A stretch of DNA of 64,000 nt from Vicugna vicugna (Eukaryota). Below, one piece after another: positions 13,341-26,582 of this stretch. The stretch lies in contig MU057744.1 in the NCBI GenBank assembly GCA_013265495.1, positions 1,130,356 through 1,194,355 of the forward strand, written 5' to 3'. How positions within the stretch are numbered: the first letter of the stretch is position 1; each line of letters opens with the position of its first letter. Position numbers and translations under genes: made by a program. Under the pieces are notes generated by a model. It had not been told where the DNA came from. It saw only the letters and a list, made by a program, of their open reading frames with translations, and searched no databases.

Positions 13341-14328
13341 AACTGGTGGCGGAGAGACCCGGAGGAGGTGATTGCGAGCGCCCAGCACTGGGGTTCTGTT
13401 CACAAGCCAATCAGTTTCGCTGCAGATGCCATTTGGAAATGATTTCCTCCCTTCTCCCTGTGTGATTGACTGCGAATCCGAAAGCTGAAGGTTTTACAAC
13501 TGCACCAGGATTTTATGAAATGAAAAGAGCCACCAGAAAGGAAGGCATCAAACAAACACCAGGGGTAGTGGAGAGAGAAGCCTTTACCCACATTCAGAAC
13601 TGGGGGAGAAGTCGCTAGTGCTTTACATCGACCAGGCAGAGTCCAAACCGCTGCTTCAAAGACACCGTAATTCTTAATGGAACAACCGAATGCCAGAGCC
13701 AGAAGGGCACATCAATCAAAGTAACTCTCCCCCGCGGAGATTTTCCATTGCTCCGTCATAATCCTTTTTTTCCCCTGGGGCCAACTGAAAGTTTTATTTG
13801 CATTAGCATAATATCTGCATACCCCAGATTTAGCCAGAAAGAAGACACTGGGATGATTTCATCAGCAGAATTATCATCAGCAGCTATGGAGTCCCTGTCA
13901 AATGCTGGATCCTAGATACTGAGCTTTTGTTCATGGTTTGTAAGATGAAGTATTGAAGAAAGGCTTATAAATTTTTTTCTTTCTTCTTCTTTTTTTTTTT
14001 TTTTGGTACTATTTTCTCCCTTTTAGTTAAAATTGCTGAAGATGGCAATGTTCGTCTTCCTTCCCTGAGGATGAGCGTGTCAGGTCCCCTGTCTCTAACT
14101 GGGCGTCCCACCCTTTCTGGAACTCTCGGCAGACACTCTCAGGACCGTGCACTACAGTTTTCCAGATGGGTCAGGAAGGGTCCAGAAAAGCCCATAATGA
14201 CGCCAGACATGTATGTCTTTAGGGAAGGCAATTAGGTTTTCTGCGTAATTCCACACATAGCATTTTAGAACCTGGATGTCCTTGGGGTCACGCAATCCGA
14301 CTTTTCATTGTATAGATTAAGAAAGTTT

Positions 14329-14438
14329 TGGGGGGAAGGTATGGCTCAGTGGTAGAGCGCATGCTTAGCATGCACAAGGTCCTGGGTTCCATCCCCAGTG
14401 CCTCCATTTAAAAAAAAAAAGAAAGAAAAGGAAAAAAG
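14329..14438 (+). mobile_element. tRNA-derived SINE
   Basis: ggtatggctcagtggtagagcgcatgcttagcatgcacaaggtcctgggttc; aaagtttt on both flanks. Confidence 0.92.
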
Positions 14439-14954
14439 TTTTTTAAAAAGTTTCAGTATGATTCCATGTTCACTGATCAGCTTGGCAGAACAGAAGCAGA
14501 TCTTGGTCAAGAAGTGCAGGAGGAGTGGGTTTTGCTCGATTAGGGGAAACACCACATGGTACGTTTTGGAGGGCAGTTTGGTGCAACCTACACAAATTTA
14601 AAATACACAAACTTTTTGGCTCATTTTGAAAAAGCTGTCCTAAAGAAACCTAATACATACTTAGGAGAATATATGTATCAATATGCTTGTTTCACGATTT
14701 TTAGATGGTAAAAAATTGGGGTCAACGGACATGTCCATCAGTAATGGAAACTGCTTCGTGAATTAGAGTATCTTTGTGCCATGAAACGTAAGACTGCAGC
14801 CAGAAAGACCGTGCCGACCTAGTGTTAAGTGGAAAAGGCAAATTACGGGATCCTACATAGTTTGATCTCATTTTTATTTAAAAAATATATTTAAGTACTT
14901 ATTGAGATATATATACAGCGATACACACCAAATGTTTTTAACATAAACATAACT

Positions 14955-15158
14955 TTTAAAAAAATGTTATTGAAGTGTAGTTGATTTATAATGTTACTTT
15001 CAGGTGTACAGCAAGGTGATTCAGTTATACGTAGACATACGTATTTTTTTTTCTTTTCAGATTCTTTTCCATTATAAAGTATTACAAGAAATTGAACATG
15101 GTTCCCTGTGCTGTACAGTAGGTCCTTGTTGTTTATCTGTTTTATCTGTAGTAATGGG
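14955..15158 (-). mobile_element. L1 3'UTR fragment
   Basis: tattgaagtgtagttgattt...ggttccctgtgctgtacagtaggtccttgttg; acaccaaat repeated on both flanks. Confidence 0.88.
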
Positions 15159-15309
15159 TATACACCAAATTTTTAACAGTGCTTAAACCACGCAGTAGAC
15201 TCAGAAAGCGAGGCCAAGTCCATTTTCACTTTACGCACCTAAATACTGCTGAAGAGTTTTACAATGAGGATGTCCTACTTCTGTCCTTACTTTTCTCTTC
15301 TCTTTTTGG

Positions 15310-15405
15310 GGAAGAAAAACCTGAGCCTCAGACAAGTGAAGTCACTTGTTCAAATCACTTAAATGGGTAGTAAAAATGACAGGCCCAGAACCCGTGTTTT
15401 CTGAA
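15310..15405 (-). mobile_element. MIR fragment
   Basis: gaaaaacctgagcctcagacaagtgaagtcacttgttcaaatcac is a MIR core pattern. Confidence 0.6.
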
Positions 15406-15978
15406 CCAGGTGGATGCTTTCCTCCTCGAGCAGGGCCTTGAGGGACCTTTGCTTGAACGTCTAATTACCTGTAGATATAGTCGGGTCTCATATTTCTTAA
15501 GAAAGTCAGTAAAACGGATGATTTCCTGCCTTTATCAAGGCAGATCCATTTCTGAGCCTACTGGTCAGCAATATATTCTCCTCATTTTCTTCCCTCTATC
15601 TCCTGTTGTAATCATCAGGGAGATACTCACTTAGAGTTACTGTCTTTTACGTACACGACCAGTTCTGACCGCTTCCCTAACCGCTGGCCCACACAGACAG
15701 GACTGAAATTAACCTGGATGTGATTCTGTGGTTGAACAGAAGACGGACATTCCGACAGAGCACAAGGCTATTCGCAGACTACAGAGGCACCTGCTGTCCT
15801 GCTTCCTCAACTGTTCTGAGAGCATCTCCCGCGGTCTTACTTGGGATGGTTGCTATTTTTAGCTGCATTTTGATATTCACATGGAGAGCACCACTGCTCT
15901 CCATTAAACAGAATAAAATACATGAGAAATTTGTTTATCTTAAAATTTACAGCAATATTAGCTTTTCCTACATGTTTA

Positions 15979-16139
15979 ATTTTTTACGTTTAACTTTAGG
16001 GATTAAAATTTTTTTGAGAAGAATATATTCTTGACCAGGAGGCCAACTTGCCTTGATTTGCTTTGATGAAAGCAGGAAATCAGACAATTTAATTACTTTC
16101 CAAAGCAATTTTTAATCCCTAAAATTAAACTTAAAAAAT
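15979..16139. repeat. Imperfect inverted repeat (30-bp arms, 28/30 match, ~100-bp spacer)
   Basis: attttttacgtttaactttagggattaaaa (15979-16008) versus ttttaatccctaaaattaaacttaaaaaat (16110-16139). Confidence 0.85.
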
Positions 16140-16689
16140 ACAGGAAATTAAAATCATACCTTTCACTTACTTTCTTTCTAAAGTAATTTAGCTCTAAAAT
16201 TTTAGAGTTAGAATTTTTGAATTTTCAAAACAGTTGTAATTATTCGGTTGGTCTTTTCCCCAATTAATAAATGAAATGAGACATCTCAAAGTCATTCAGG
16301 GGTACACTTTAAGAAAATCACATGTTTAAAAGGATATTTAATTATGTTGGAAAATGTCACAACACTATGCTAAATAAAAAGAGATACCCCAAAACTTGTG
16401 TTTCAAAGTGTCCCTGTTCAGTAAACTTGCATGTTTTGTATGTAATCGCCCAGGTATAGAGTAAGAGCTTGAAAGAAATGGATGCAAACATTTATTTTGA
16501 GTCTGAGTGACAGACTCCGATTTCGGGTCTCTTTTCTCAGCTTCCTTGTGTTTTCTCATTTTGTTAAAGGAGTATTTACCTTTGACACCAGAAAAGAACA
16601 TTTTTCAAGAAGATCTGGAAGCCAATATAATCTAAAACGATCATTCCTGACTGTCTTTTTCTGGGAACAATGGTCAACTTCAGGATCTC

Positions 16690-17300
16690 ATAGTTTGGGA
16701 CTTGCAGACACACACTCCTGTATATAAAATAAGTGAAGTAAGCCAGAAGGAGAAAGAAAAATACCATATGAGAGCGCTCATTTGTGGAATCTAAAAAACA
16801 AAAACAAACAAACAAAAACAAAGCATAAATACAGGACAGAAATAGACTCATGGACAGAGAACACAGACTTGTGGTTACCAGGGGGGTAGAGGGTGGGAAG
16901 GGATAGATTGGGATTTCAAAATTGTAGAATAGATAAACAAGATTACACTGTATAGCACAGGGAAATATACACAAAATGTTATGATAAATCAAATAACAGA
17001 GAATGTGACAATGAGTGTGTATATGTCCATGAATGACTGAAAAATTGTGCTGAACACTGGAATTTGACACAACATTGTAAAATGATTATAAATCAATAAA
17101 AAATGTTAAAAAAATAGGTAAACAGCGAGGTCCTACTGCACAGCACAGGGAACTGTATTCAGTGCCTTCTAATAGCCTATAATGAAAAAGAACATGAAAA
17201 GGAATATATATATGTGTGTGTGTGTGTAACTGAATCACTATGCTGTACACCAGGAATTGACACAACATTGTAAACTGACTCTACTTCAATTAAAAAAATT
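16690..17300 (+). mobile_element. L1 3'UTR with a younger L1 3' end (~16735-17110) nested inside
   Basis: Outer 3'UTR breaks at tatataaaataagt and resumes at aaaataggtaaacagcgaggtcctac. Confidence 0.88.
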
Positions 17301-18946
17301 AAGGAAAATAGAAATTACACTCATCATACATAGACAAAAACCCTTCAGGCACGCCTAGAAGAGAAACATAACCTCTTATTAATTTGTGTGTCTACTTGCT
17401 GGTGGAGAGGTCTGATTGAAGCCTGATCTTTTTAAAGAAAAAAATAAACTTCAGTAAAAGGAGAAAAGGAGGCCAGAAGGCAAGAAAAGAGAGAAAGGAG
17501 GTGAGCGGGCTGACTGCTGGCTTACTTGGGGGGAGCTCAGATCCCAGACGGGGGATGCCCAGAGCCGGGGACTTCCAAGCGGGGACGTGATGGAAGGAGG
17601 CAGAGAAAGAAGGTGTGTTACACGGTGAAAGGGAAATGAGAACATTCTTCTGGGCACAGGAAGCAGCAGCCACACCTGGGCTGCCTCTGCTGCGGCTTCC
17701 TTCCTTCCTTCCCCCACCCTCCATCCTCCAGCCAAGCCTCAGCACCGTTTCTAGCACTGGCAGATTCTTTGTTTGTTTGTTTTTTAGGATGATAAGTGAG
17801 GAAAATGCAGCAGCTATTGGAACCTAGATGGAATTGAGGCGGAAGCTACCATTCCAGGGGAAAAACCCAGCAAGACGCCGCACACCAGCCGCCTCTTGCC
17901 AGGACTCCGCCGTTGGCAGACAGCTCTGCTACGCAGATGAGGCTGCAAGAGCCGATAACCCAGCACGGCCGCAGGTCCTGACACACGATTAGGCAGAGTG
18001 GACTGAAGAGGGGAACCTGAGTTAATCGTCATGAAACATTAGAAGAGCAGAAGGAAGAAGGGAATACGAAGGACCTAATTAGCTATTTGCTGTTTTATTT
18101 CCTTAGGAGCTAAGAAAATGTTGAGTAGGAGGTTAAAAGGTCTTAGTCACACTTACACGGACTGATGAAGCCATGATGTTAAAATCTGTTATGTGATGGG
18201 CCACTGACTCTCAGAGTAAAAATATTAATAGTAATTATTTGATAGGCAGCTGACTTTTCCATCTTGTGAAATTTCTCTAGCCTCTTTCCATGCCCTAATA
18301 TTCCCCTCTGTAACACAGGATTCCAATTATACTTGCCCATATTCCTTAAAAATAATGCGAGCACTAAAATGCAGAGCTGAAAGAACAACTTGTAAGCAAG
18401 TCGTGATGTGTTACCATGCAGTATTCTTGGCTAAAAACACCTCAAATCCACTCACTCTTGGTGAGTAAGAGTTTGTTTTGTGTGAAGTGAAAAACAGCAA
18501 GGCATTATTTATAGTACGTTCCCAATAGTACAAATGTTATTTACTTGGTTTCTTAGTTTTCCTCCTCACCCATCCTAAAGTCCAAAACAACTGGATACTT
18601 ATTACCAACTCCTACAGTGATGGTTCAGAATAGGGCACGTAGTGACAACCCCTTCAAGTTTTCTTCTTATCAATTCTCATTTCAAAGGCAGTATCAAGGA
18701 AGACAATTGAAACTATAGATTAAAACAAGAAACACGAGGCTGTCTGTGAATTTCACCCATCTAAACCGTCTTTCACAGAAGCCATGTCATCTGTCACCTT
18801 TACCCTCTACTAGTGGATGGCATTGGGAAAGGTGGAGCCTGGTTGATTCCCCAGAAGAAGTAGAGACTGCGGTTTGGGGAGATTTTGTTTTTGTTTGGTT
18901 CATAAATATATGAAACTTGTGTTTGAGGGGATATGCAAATAAACGT

Positions 18947-20090
18947 ATAAGTAAGTTCATTTGTACCATATTTTAGATTCCACACATAAGTGATATCATA
19001 TCATATTTGTCTTTCTCTGTCTGACTTACTTCACTTGGTGTGATAATCTCCAGGCCCACCCGTGTTGCTGCAAATGGCATTATTTCATTCTTTCTATGGC
19101 TGAATAGTATCCCATTGTACAAATACACCACATCTTCTGTATCCAGTCACCTGTGGATGGACATTCAGGTTGCTTCCATGTCTTGGCTGTTGTACATAGT
19201 GCTGCTGTGAACATTGGGGTGCAGGTATCTTTTTGAATTATAGTTTTCTCCAGGTACATGCCCAGCAGTGGGATTGCTGGATCATATGGTAACTCTATTT
19301 TCAGTTTTTTAAGGAATCTCTGTACTGTTTTGCATAGTGGCTGTAGCATACTACATTCTCACCAGCAGTGTAGGAAGGTTCCTTTTTCTCCACAGCCTCT
19401 CCAGCATTTGTTATTTGTAGACATTTAATGATGGCCATTCTGACCAGTGTGAGGTGATGCCTCATTTTAGTTCTGATTTGCATTTCTCTGATAATAAGCC
19501 ATGTTGAGCATCTTTTCACGTGCCTCTTGGTCATCTCTGTCTTCTCTGGAGAAGGTATTCAACTGTTTAGGTATTCAACATATGGGTCAATGGAACTATT
19601 AGAATAGAGAGCCCCTAATAAACCCACCCACCTACAGTCAGTTAATCTTCAACAAAGGAGGCAGGAATATTCAATGGAGAAGACGGTCTCCTTGGCAGGT
19701 GGTGTTGGGGAAGCTGGACAGGCATGTACAAACCTACGAAGTTAGGAACCTCCCTCACACCATACGTCACGATAAACTCAAAATGGCTTAAAGACTTAAA
19801 TACAAGCTGTGACATCACAAAACTCCTAAAGGAGAAAACAGGCAGAACATTCTCTGACATTAATTGTAGCAGTGTTCTCCTAGGGCAACAGAAATAAACG
19901 CAAAAATAAACAAACGGGACCTAGTCAAACTTACAAGCTTTTGCACAGCCAAGGAGACCATCGACAGAACAGGCAGACAGCCTACAGACTGGAAGAAAAT
20001 ATTTGCAAATGATGCAATCGATCAGGGCTTAACATCCAAAATACACAAACAGCTCATACAACTCAACAGCAAAGAACCACAGTTATGGTC
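18947..20090 (-). mobile_element. L1 with 5' inversion (twin-priming structure)
   Basis: 18947-19570 is antisense ORF2 end; 19580-20090 is the immediately upstream ORF2 segment in the opposite orientation. Confidence 0.85.
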
Positions 20091-20829
20091 TTCACGTTTC
20101 AGTTCTCTTTGGCTAGAAGAGGTACTTGAGCCTCAGTGACTAAGACAGAGGTGAACAGAACATCGAGGACTTCCCCAGTGGGCAGAGTCATGGGTTCTAA
20201 GGTCGTTTATAAGTTGATTGGACATCCTGAACTTATTTTCAGAGCAGATTGGGCACAGCTAGTTAACTGCAGGGAGTCTGAGAAGACGGGAAAATGCCAG
20301 AACTTGGAACCAGATCTGCCCACTGGGCTGGAGCAGGCCCCAAAAGGACAGGGACAGGTGCACTGAACTCGGAGGGTGTCTGATGCAGCCAGCAGGACAC
20401 GTAGTCCTGAAGGCAAGGGTACAGACAGCCACCAACACTAGAGAGGGCGCGGAGGGGCGGGATGACCCCGGCGGGAAGCAGAGTTTAGCAGCTGGTCATC
20501 TCGGAGCAGTGGAACTTAAAAGACTTCATCGAAAAAAGCCACGAAGACAGTGCAAGCCAAAGCATAGAGAGAAAGTATTTGCAGTAAGTCTATCTGACAA
20601 ATGGCTTGTACCCAGAATATTTAAGGAACTGCTTCAAACCAAAAAGATAGACCACCCAACAGAAAAGTGGGCAAAAGTCTTCAACAGTCATTTCCAAAAA
20701 GACAGTATCTAAACATCTAATCAACACATGGAGACATTCTCAGCATCAATTGTAGGCAGTCAAACTGAAGTCACAGGGAGATTTTACTACACAGCCACCA
20801 GAATGGCGAACTCTGGAAAGACGCAGGAC

Positions 20830-22400
20830 GGTATCGGCAGAAGAGCAGACGCAGATCAGCGGAACAGAGCGGATGGCCCAGCAATGAAACTACACGTATA
20901 TGGTCAGTAATTTATTAAAAGAGCCAAGAGTATACAATAGTTTCTTCAATAAATGGTGTCGGGAAAACTGGACAGTCACTTGCAAAAGAATGAAACTGGA
21001 TCCCTCTCTTACACCACGCAGAAAAAGTAGCTCAAAATGGATTAAAGGCTTGCATATAAGACCCAAGGCTCTAAAATGCTTGGAAGAAAACACAGGCCAT
21101 AAGCTCCTTGACATCGGTCTTGGTGATGAGATTTTTTTTTGGATTTGACATGAAAAGCAAAGGCAAGGAAAGCATGAATAAATAAGTATAACTACATCAA
21201 ACCAAAAGGCTTCTGCACAGCAAAGGAAACCACCAACACAATGAAGAGGCAGCCTACTGAATGGGAGAACATATTTGCAAATTATATGTCTGATAAGGGG
21301 TTAACATCCAAAATATATAAAGAGCTCACATAAATCAATAGCAAAAAAAAAATCTGATTTAAAAATGGGCACAGCATCTGTACAGACATTTTTCCAGAGA
21401 AGACATACAGATGGCCAACACGTCTATGACAAGGTACTCGGAGTCATTAACCATCAGGAAATGCAAATCAAAACCACAATGCGATATCACCTCACGGCTG
21501 TTAGACTCGGCTTTTGTCCCAAAGACAGGAGATAACAAGTGTCCGTGAGGATGTGGAGAAAAGGGAGCCCTAGTGCACTACTGTCAATGGGAATGTAATT
21601 TAGTGCAGCCACTATGGAAATCAGTATGGCGGTTCCTCAAAAAATTAAAAATAGAATTACCACATGATCCACAAACCCACTTGTGGGTATCTAACCAGAG
21701 GAAACAAAGACATTAACTCCAAAAGATCCATGCACCCCCATGTTCACCGAAGCATTGTTGATAATAGCCAAGATATGGAAGCACCCTAAATGTCCAATAA
21801 TGGATGAGTGGATAAAGAAAATGTGGTATATTTTATGGCATAATATATATTTTATCTATTTAGTTATTCATAATAATACCATGGAGTATTATTCAGGCAT
21901 AAAAGAGAAGGAAGTCTTACCATTTGCAGCAACATGGATGATCCTTGAGGGTGTCATGCTAAGTGAAATGAGTCAAACAAAGAAAAGCAAATACTGTATG
22001 ACCTCACTTAAAACAACAAAGCAAAACAACTCACAGATACAGAGGACAGATTAGTGATGACCAGAAGTGGTGGAGGGGGAATGAGTGAACTGGGTCAGAA
22101 GGTATAAACTTCCAGTTATAACCTAAGTAAGTCCTGGGGACGTGATGTGCAGCATGGTGACTACAGTTAGTAACACTGTGTTGCATATTTGAAAGTTGCC
22201 AAAAGAATGTGTCTTAAAAGTTCTCATCACAAGGAAAAAAAAATGTATTAACTATGTATGGTGATGTCTTCAACTAAATTTACTGTGGTGATCACTTTAT
22301 AATATATATAAATATCGAATCATTAGGTTGTGCTCCTGAAACTAACATAATGTTATATGTCAATTATACCCAAATCAAAAATACAATTAAAATAGGTAAA
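20830..22400 (+). mobile_element. Older L1 (L1MA-like) ORF2 end plus 3'UTR, inside ancient L1M fragments (20520-20825, 22410-23045)
   Basis: Peptides FNKWCRENWTVTCKRMKLDP and MFTEALLIIAKIWKHPKCP; 3'UTR with tttgaaagttgcc...aaaagttctcatcacaag. Confidence 0.9.
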
Positions 22401-23235
22401 TAAATAAAAAGCCTGGCAAACCCCAGGTGTTGGTAAGAATGTGGAACATTTGAAATTCTCTTATACTGATGGTGGAGGCGACAATTGACACACATGCTTT
22501 GTAAAACTGTTGTTTCATAATCACTATGCCTTCCAGGTATAAACTCAATAGAAATGCATGCATCTGTGCACCAAAAGGCATGTCCAAGAAGATCCACAGC
22601 AGCATTATTTCTAACGGCTTAATGTGGAAATACTCCAGGGGTTTATCTGCAGAAGAACGGTACTGACTGTGGAAATGTCACGCGATGGAACAGCATCCAG
22701 CAACGAGAAGAAAGCAGCCGGCGCTCACGGGCACCCAGACTGGCGCTCACAATGTGCAGCAACATGGAGCCAGAAACAAGAGAACGCCTAGAACATGATC
22801 CTATGTCCATGAACAAAATGTTCAAAACTAACCTGTCACAAAGGAAAGGATTTGCAGTGGTTTTCCTGGCCAAGCAGGGACAGCTGTTAACTGGGAGGCG
22901 GCAGCAGGATTTCTGGGGTAATGTTCTATTTCTTGATTTGGGCAGTAAGTACAGTTTGTAAATTAAAAAAAAAAAAGTCACCAAGCTATATGCTGTAGTC
23001 TCTTCTGTTTGGATGGTATATACTTCAATAGAATACATATTTAATTTTTTTTTAAAGAAAGAAGACATAGGGCCAACAACAGGAAGCAGCTCAGCCCAGA
23101 GCAGGGGGTGAGGGATCAGAACCTAATTCAGGGAAGGAGAGCTGGCGAGAGTCGTGCAAACGCAGCCGGAAGGAGTGAGCAGAGCTTCGGAGTGGTGCGA
23201 CAGCTGTTACCCCACACAGCCTGGGCTCTGACTCT

Positions 23236-23366
23236 TCTTTTTGTGGAGGGAGCAGTAATTGGGGCTGTTTGTTTGTTTATTTAATGGAGGCACTGGGGAC
23301 TGAACCCAGGACCTCGTGCATGCTAAGCACACGCTCCACCACTGAGCTGTACCCTCCCCCACCGGG
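23236..23366 (-). mobile_element. tRNA-derived SINE
   Basis: ggggactgaacccaggacctcgtgcatgctaagcacacgctccaccactgagct. Confidence 0.92.
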
Positions 23367-23789
23367 GCTCCGATTCTTGTCTGCCATCTACTCCCTTGGG
23401 CCACCTAACCTGGGCTGGATCATAGCTTCCTCGTTTACAAAACAGAGATAATGCAAGGCCCTCAAGGTTTTTACTTGACACAGGAAATGGGCTTAACAGA
23501 CATTAGTGATTAATAACAACAGTCATTTTACCTCAACAAGAGCAAGACAGAGGGTTGCTTACCACACTTGTTTTAGAGTTCAAGTTTTGGGTTTTCAGAA
23601 GAGTGGGTAAACCCACTAACGTGAAGCAGGGGCCAAAGTCAGGGCTGAACACACATCCAAAGGGACTCAGGTGAGCTCCCGAGTCCTGACGAGGGGAGCA
23701 TCTCTGCAAGGTCCCAGCGCGGAGGTCAGTGGGGATGGAGAAGGAAGCTGGACCTGATGGGGTCATTTGTCCCATCCATATGACCACTA

Positions 23790-24230
23790 ATAGTATCTCC
23801 CGTCTGTGCCTGCTCCGCCCATCAGGAGGTGGGGCCTGCTTTTCCTCTCCTTGAATCAGGGTTGGCTTTGGGACCAGCTTTGACCTGCAGATTGAAAAAG
23901 CAGTGATGTTGCGCCTGGTAGTTTTCTCTCTGCCTTCTTACAACCCAGAGGGCGTGCTGTAAGGCAGTCCAGGCCATTCTGGGATAGAGAGGAGAGGGCC
24001 TGGTGGATGAAATGCCACCTGGAGAGAGAGGCCACGTGGAGGGGAAGCCAGGTGTCCTGCTGATGGTCATACCAGGGCCTAGTCGTTCATCCAGGAAGGC
24101 ACAGCCACCAGCCGAACGAGGACACATGAGTGAGCCTTGGCCAACAATTTGTAGAGCATGAGAATTGCCCATCCAGCCCACAGAACTGTGAGAAATAATA
24201 CGTAATCATTGTTTAAACCATTAGGCCTGG
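23790..24230 (+). mobile_element. MLT1 (MaLR) LTR
   Basis: ccttgaatcagggttggc...gagagaggccacgtggagg...cccacagaactgtgagaaataat. Confidence 0.75.
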
Positions 24231-24504
24231 CTACAGAGTCAAAAGGTACAAATTTCAGTTAAAAAAGAAGTAAGTCCACAGAAGGGCTGAGGGGACCAAA
24301 CTTCAACACATACCTCACGGCCTTGGCTGTGTCCTTGTGGGGCCTGCCAAGGAGATTTTCTAGCAGAAGGAGGAAAGTGCCCATTGACCTATTTTAAGTG
24401 GGAGGAGGAGGAGGAGAAGAAGAAAGAGATTAGCTGAAGAAGGAATGGTTGACAGAAGGAGGGGAGACACTCCTGGAAACTGATGATCTCTAAGACACCT
24501 GCTC

Positions 24505-24815
24505 CAGCTGCTGTTGCTGGAAACAAACCCCTGCCAAGCTTAGTGGCGGAAAACACTCTTTTTGGATTCTGTGGGTCAGGGCTTGAAATGGACATTGGGG
24601 CCTCAGCTGGGGAGCCTGGAGGGTGGGGGTGCATTGCTGGTGTCTTACCCACAGCCCAGTGGTGGGTGCTGGCTGGCAGCTGGGAGCTCAGCAGGTCTGG
24701 ACCCACACCTGGAGCATCTCCACGTGGCTTCCCCGCCAGGCCTGGTCTGAGCTTCCTCACAACATGGCTATAAGGTTCCAAGAGAAACAGGCAGAAGATG
24801 TATCATTTTTTTATG
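24505..24815 (-). mobile_element. MLT1 (MaLR) LTR fragment
   Basis: aagcttagtggc...gattctgtgggtcagg...gcttcctcacaacatggc. Confidence 0.7.
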
Positions 24816-24978
24816 GTGGTAAAAAGATAAATAAATAACACTGATTATTTCAACCATTAAAAAAAAAAAAGAAGGATCTGTCCTGTCTTCAAGCAAAAGT
24901 CAGAAGATACATTTCTCAACCTCTTGGGTTGGAAAATAAAATCGTGTCTTATCTTCAGCATCTCTAGCCCCTCTGAAC

Positions 24979-25475
24979 TGTTGATGAAAATAATCAATAA
25001 ACAACCAGTAAGAAGAGAAAAGAGCTTTACGTGAGCCAAATCGAGGACAAGCCCGGAAGCCTGCTTCCCAGGTTACTCTGTGAAATTTCTCTGGAGAAGC
25101 AGGACTTTCAGAGGTTTTATGTCTTGTCAGAACAAAGGATATTAAACAAGTCAGAGGTACATTTCTTCAAGGTTTCAAACAAAACAAAGCAAAAAACAGA
25201 CCAGCACGTACCCGGTGAGTCAGTGTGGCCTTGGCACCTGGGAAGGTGGTCTTGTCATCAAAGCTGGCATCCAGGAAGAGGGGCATTTAATCTCTAACAC
25301 GGACATTCTTTACTTCTGGTCTATGTGCCCTTTTCTTAAATAATTGAGGCAGATGTACAATGTCTGTTTGATAGGCTGCAAACAGGCTATTTTAGTTAGC
25401 ATCAAATTTAAGGTGACTCATGGATAAGCCAGAATGACTTCCCCAGACTGTAAGATATGAAAATCTCTTTTATCA
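24979..25475 (-). mobile_element. ERV1 (MER4/MER41-group-like) solo LTR
   Basis: TG...CA termini, 497 bp, 4-bp TSD gaac/gaat (24975-24978, 25476-25479); two AP-1 motifs (tgagtca ~25216, tgactca ~25414). Confidence 0.85.
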
Positions 25476-25479
25476 GAAT

Positions 25480-25890
25480 ACAGGCAGATGTGGCGCATGT
25501 GACATTCTAGGACTTCCTGTCTCAGGACGTTAAAGGATTGTAGCTTATGCTTTCACCCTCTGGGGATCAGGTGTCTGAAAAAGGAATTCGGGATAGCCCA
25601 CTAAATTCTAAGAGGCCACACAGAGAGCAAAGGTCCAGTAGCCCTCTGTAGGGCTCCTTGCACCCTGTTTAGGAAGCCATCTTCCTCATCCCAGCCCTGG
25701 GGAAGTCGCAGCTGAATACAGCTGCACGTGTGACCTCAGCCAGTACCTCATGGAGTGAAGCCAAGTCGCCCCCCCACCACCCCAGGCCCTGCCCAGATTT
25801 GCAACATCACGAACAAACAAATGGTGGTGCTTCCTTCAAGACACGAAGGGTGCAGGGGGATTTTATGCAGGAGACAAGGACAATACCTGA
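25480..25890 (+). mobile_element. MLT1 (MaLR) LTR, diverged
   Basis: cagctgaatacagctgcacgtgtgacctcagcca...ccctgcccagatttgc is an MLT1-type 3' portion. Confidence 0.6.
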
Positions 25891-26439
25891 TGCTCGCCAG
25901 CACGCAGGCTGTGACGCACTTTTCAGGCTCATTACCCCAGTGCACAAGGTCCTAAAAGAGCTGTTCCTCCCAGAGAATGATGTGGAAAAATCTCCATTCA
26001 GCTACAGAGCGCCCCAAGTGGCTGGACAGTGAGCTGCAGCCTCCTCCCCCTGGGTCCCTGCAGAAATTACTGCGGAGTCAGAGAGGCCTGTGCGCTTACA
26101 AAGTCATCTGATAAAGACCTCGTTCATTCAGTTCTGTAAGGAGAATACATTAGCTATTTGTATAGGGTTTGTTTATTTTTTTGAGCATGATATCTCACCG
26201 TCAGTTTTGTGCTACCAGCAACTAATGGCTGTTAAAAAGAAGGTTCTGAAATCTCACTCTGGCTTCCAGAATTCTGGGGGAGAAAATTTTCCAGGAGCAT
26301 ATTTCTGTGCATCCCCCATAAAAATAGCCTTGCTTTCCTGTCTCTGATTCATTTATTTATGTAGAATGTACTTGAGGAAAGGTACTGGACCACTGTAAGA
26401 TGTGGGAAGACATATTTATATGTGGGCACGTGGGATAAC

Positions 26440-26582
26440 TCTATGTATATGTCCTCTCCTGCTGGCTTGTAATCCTTTTCAGGGCAGGTTCCAAGTCTGT
26501 TTTCTCTTTGTGTATTTGTCTGATTTTAGCACAGTGCCTTGACCATGGAAGGACTGAATAGGTATTTGTTGTCTGCTGAACA
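26440..26582 (+). mobile_element. L2 3' end
   Basis: agggcagg...ttagcacagtgcctt...ggtatttgttgtctgctgaa. Confidence 0.6.

Noticed and set aside
17551..17576. NF-kB-like GGGGACTTCC motif
   Set aside because: A single 10-mer match without supporting context is too weak to call.
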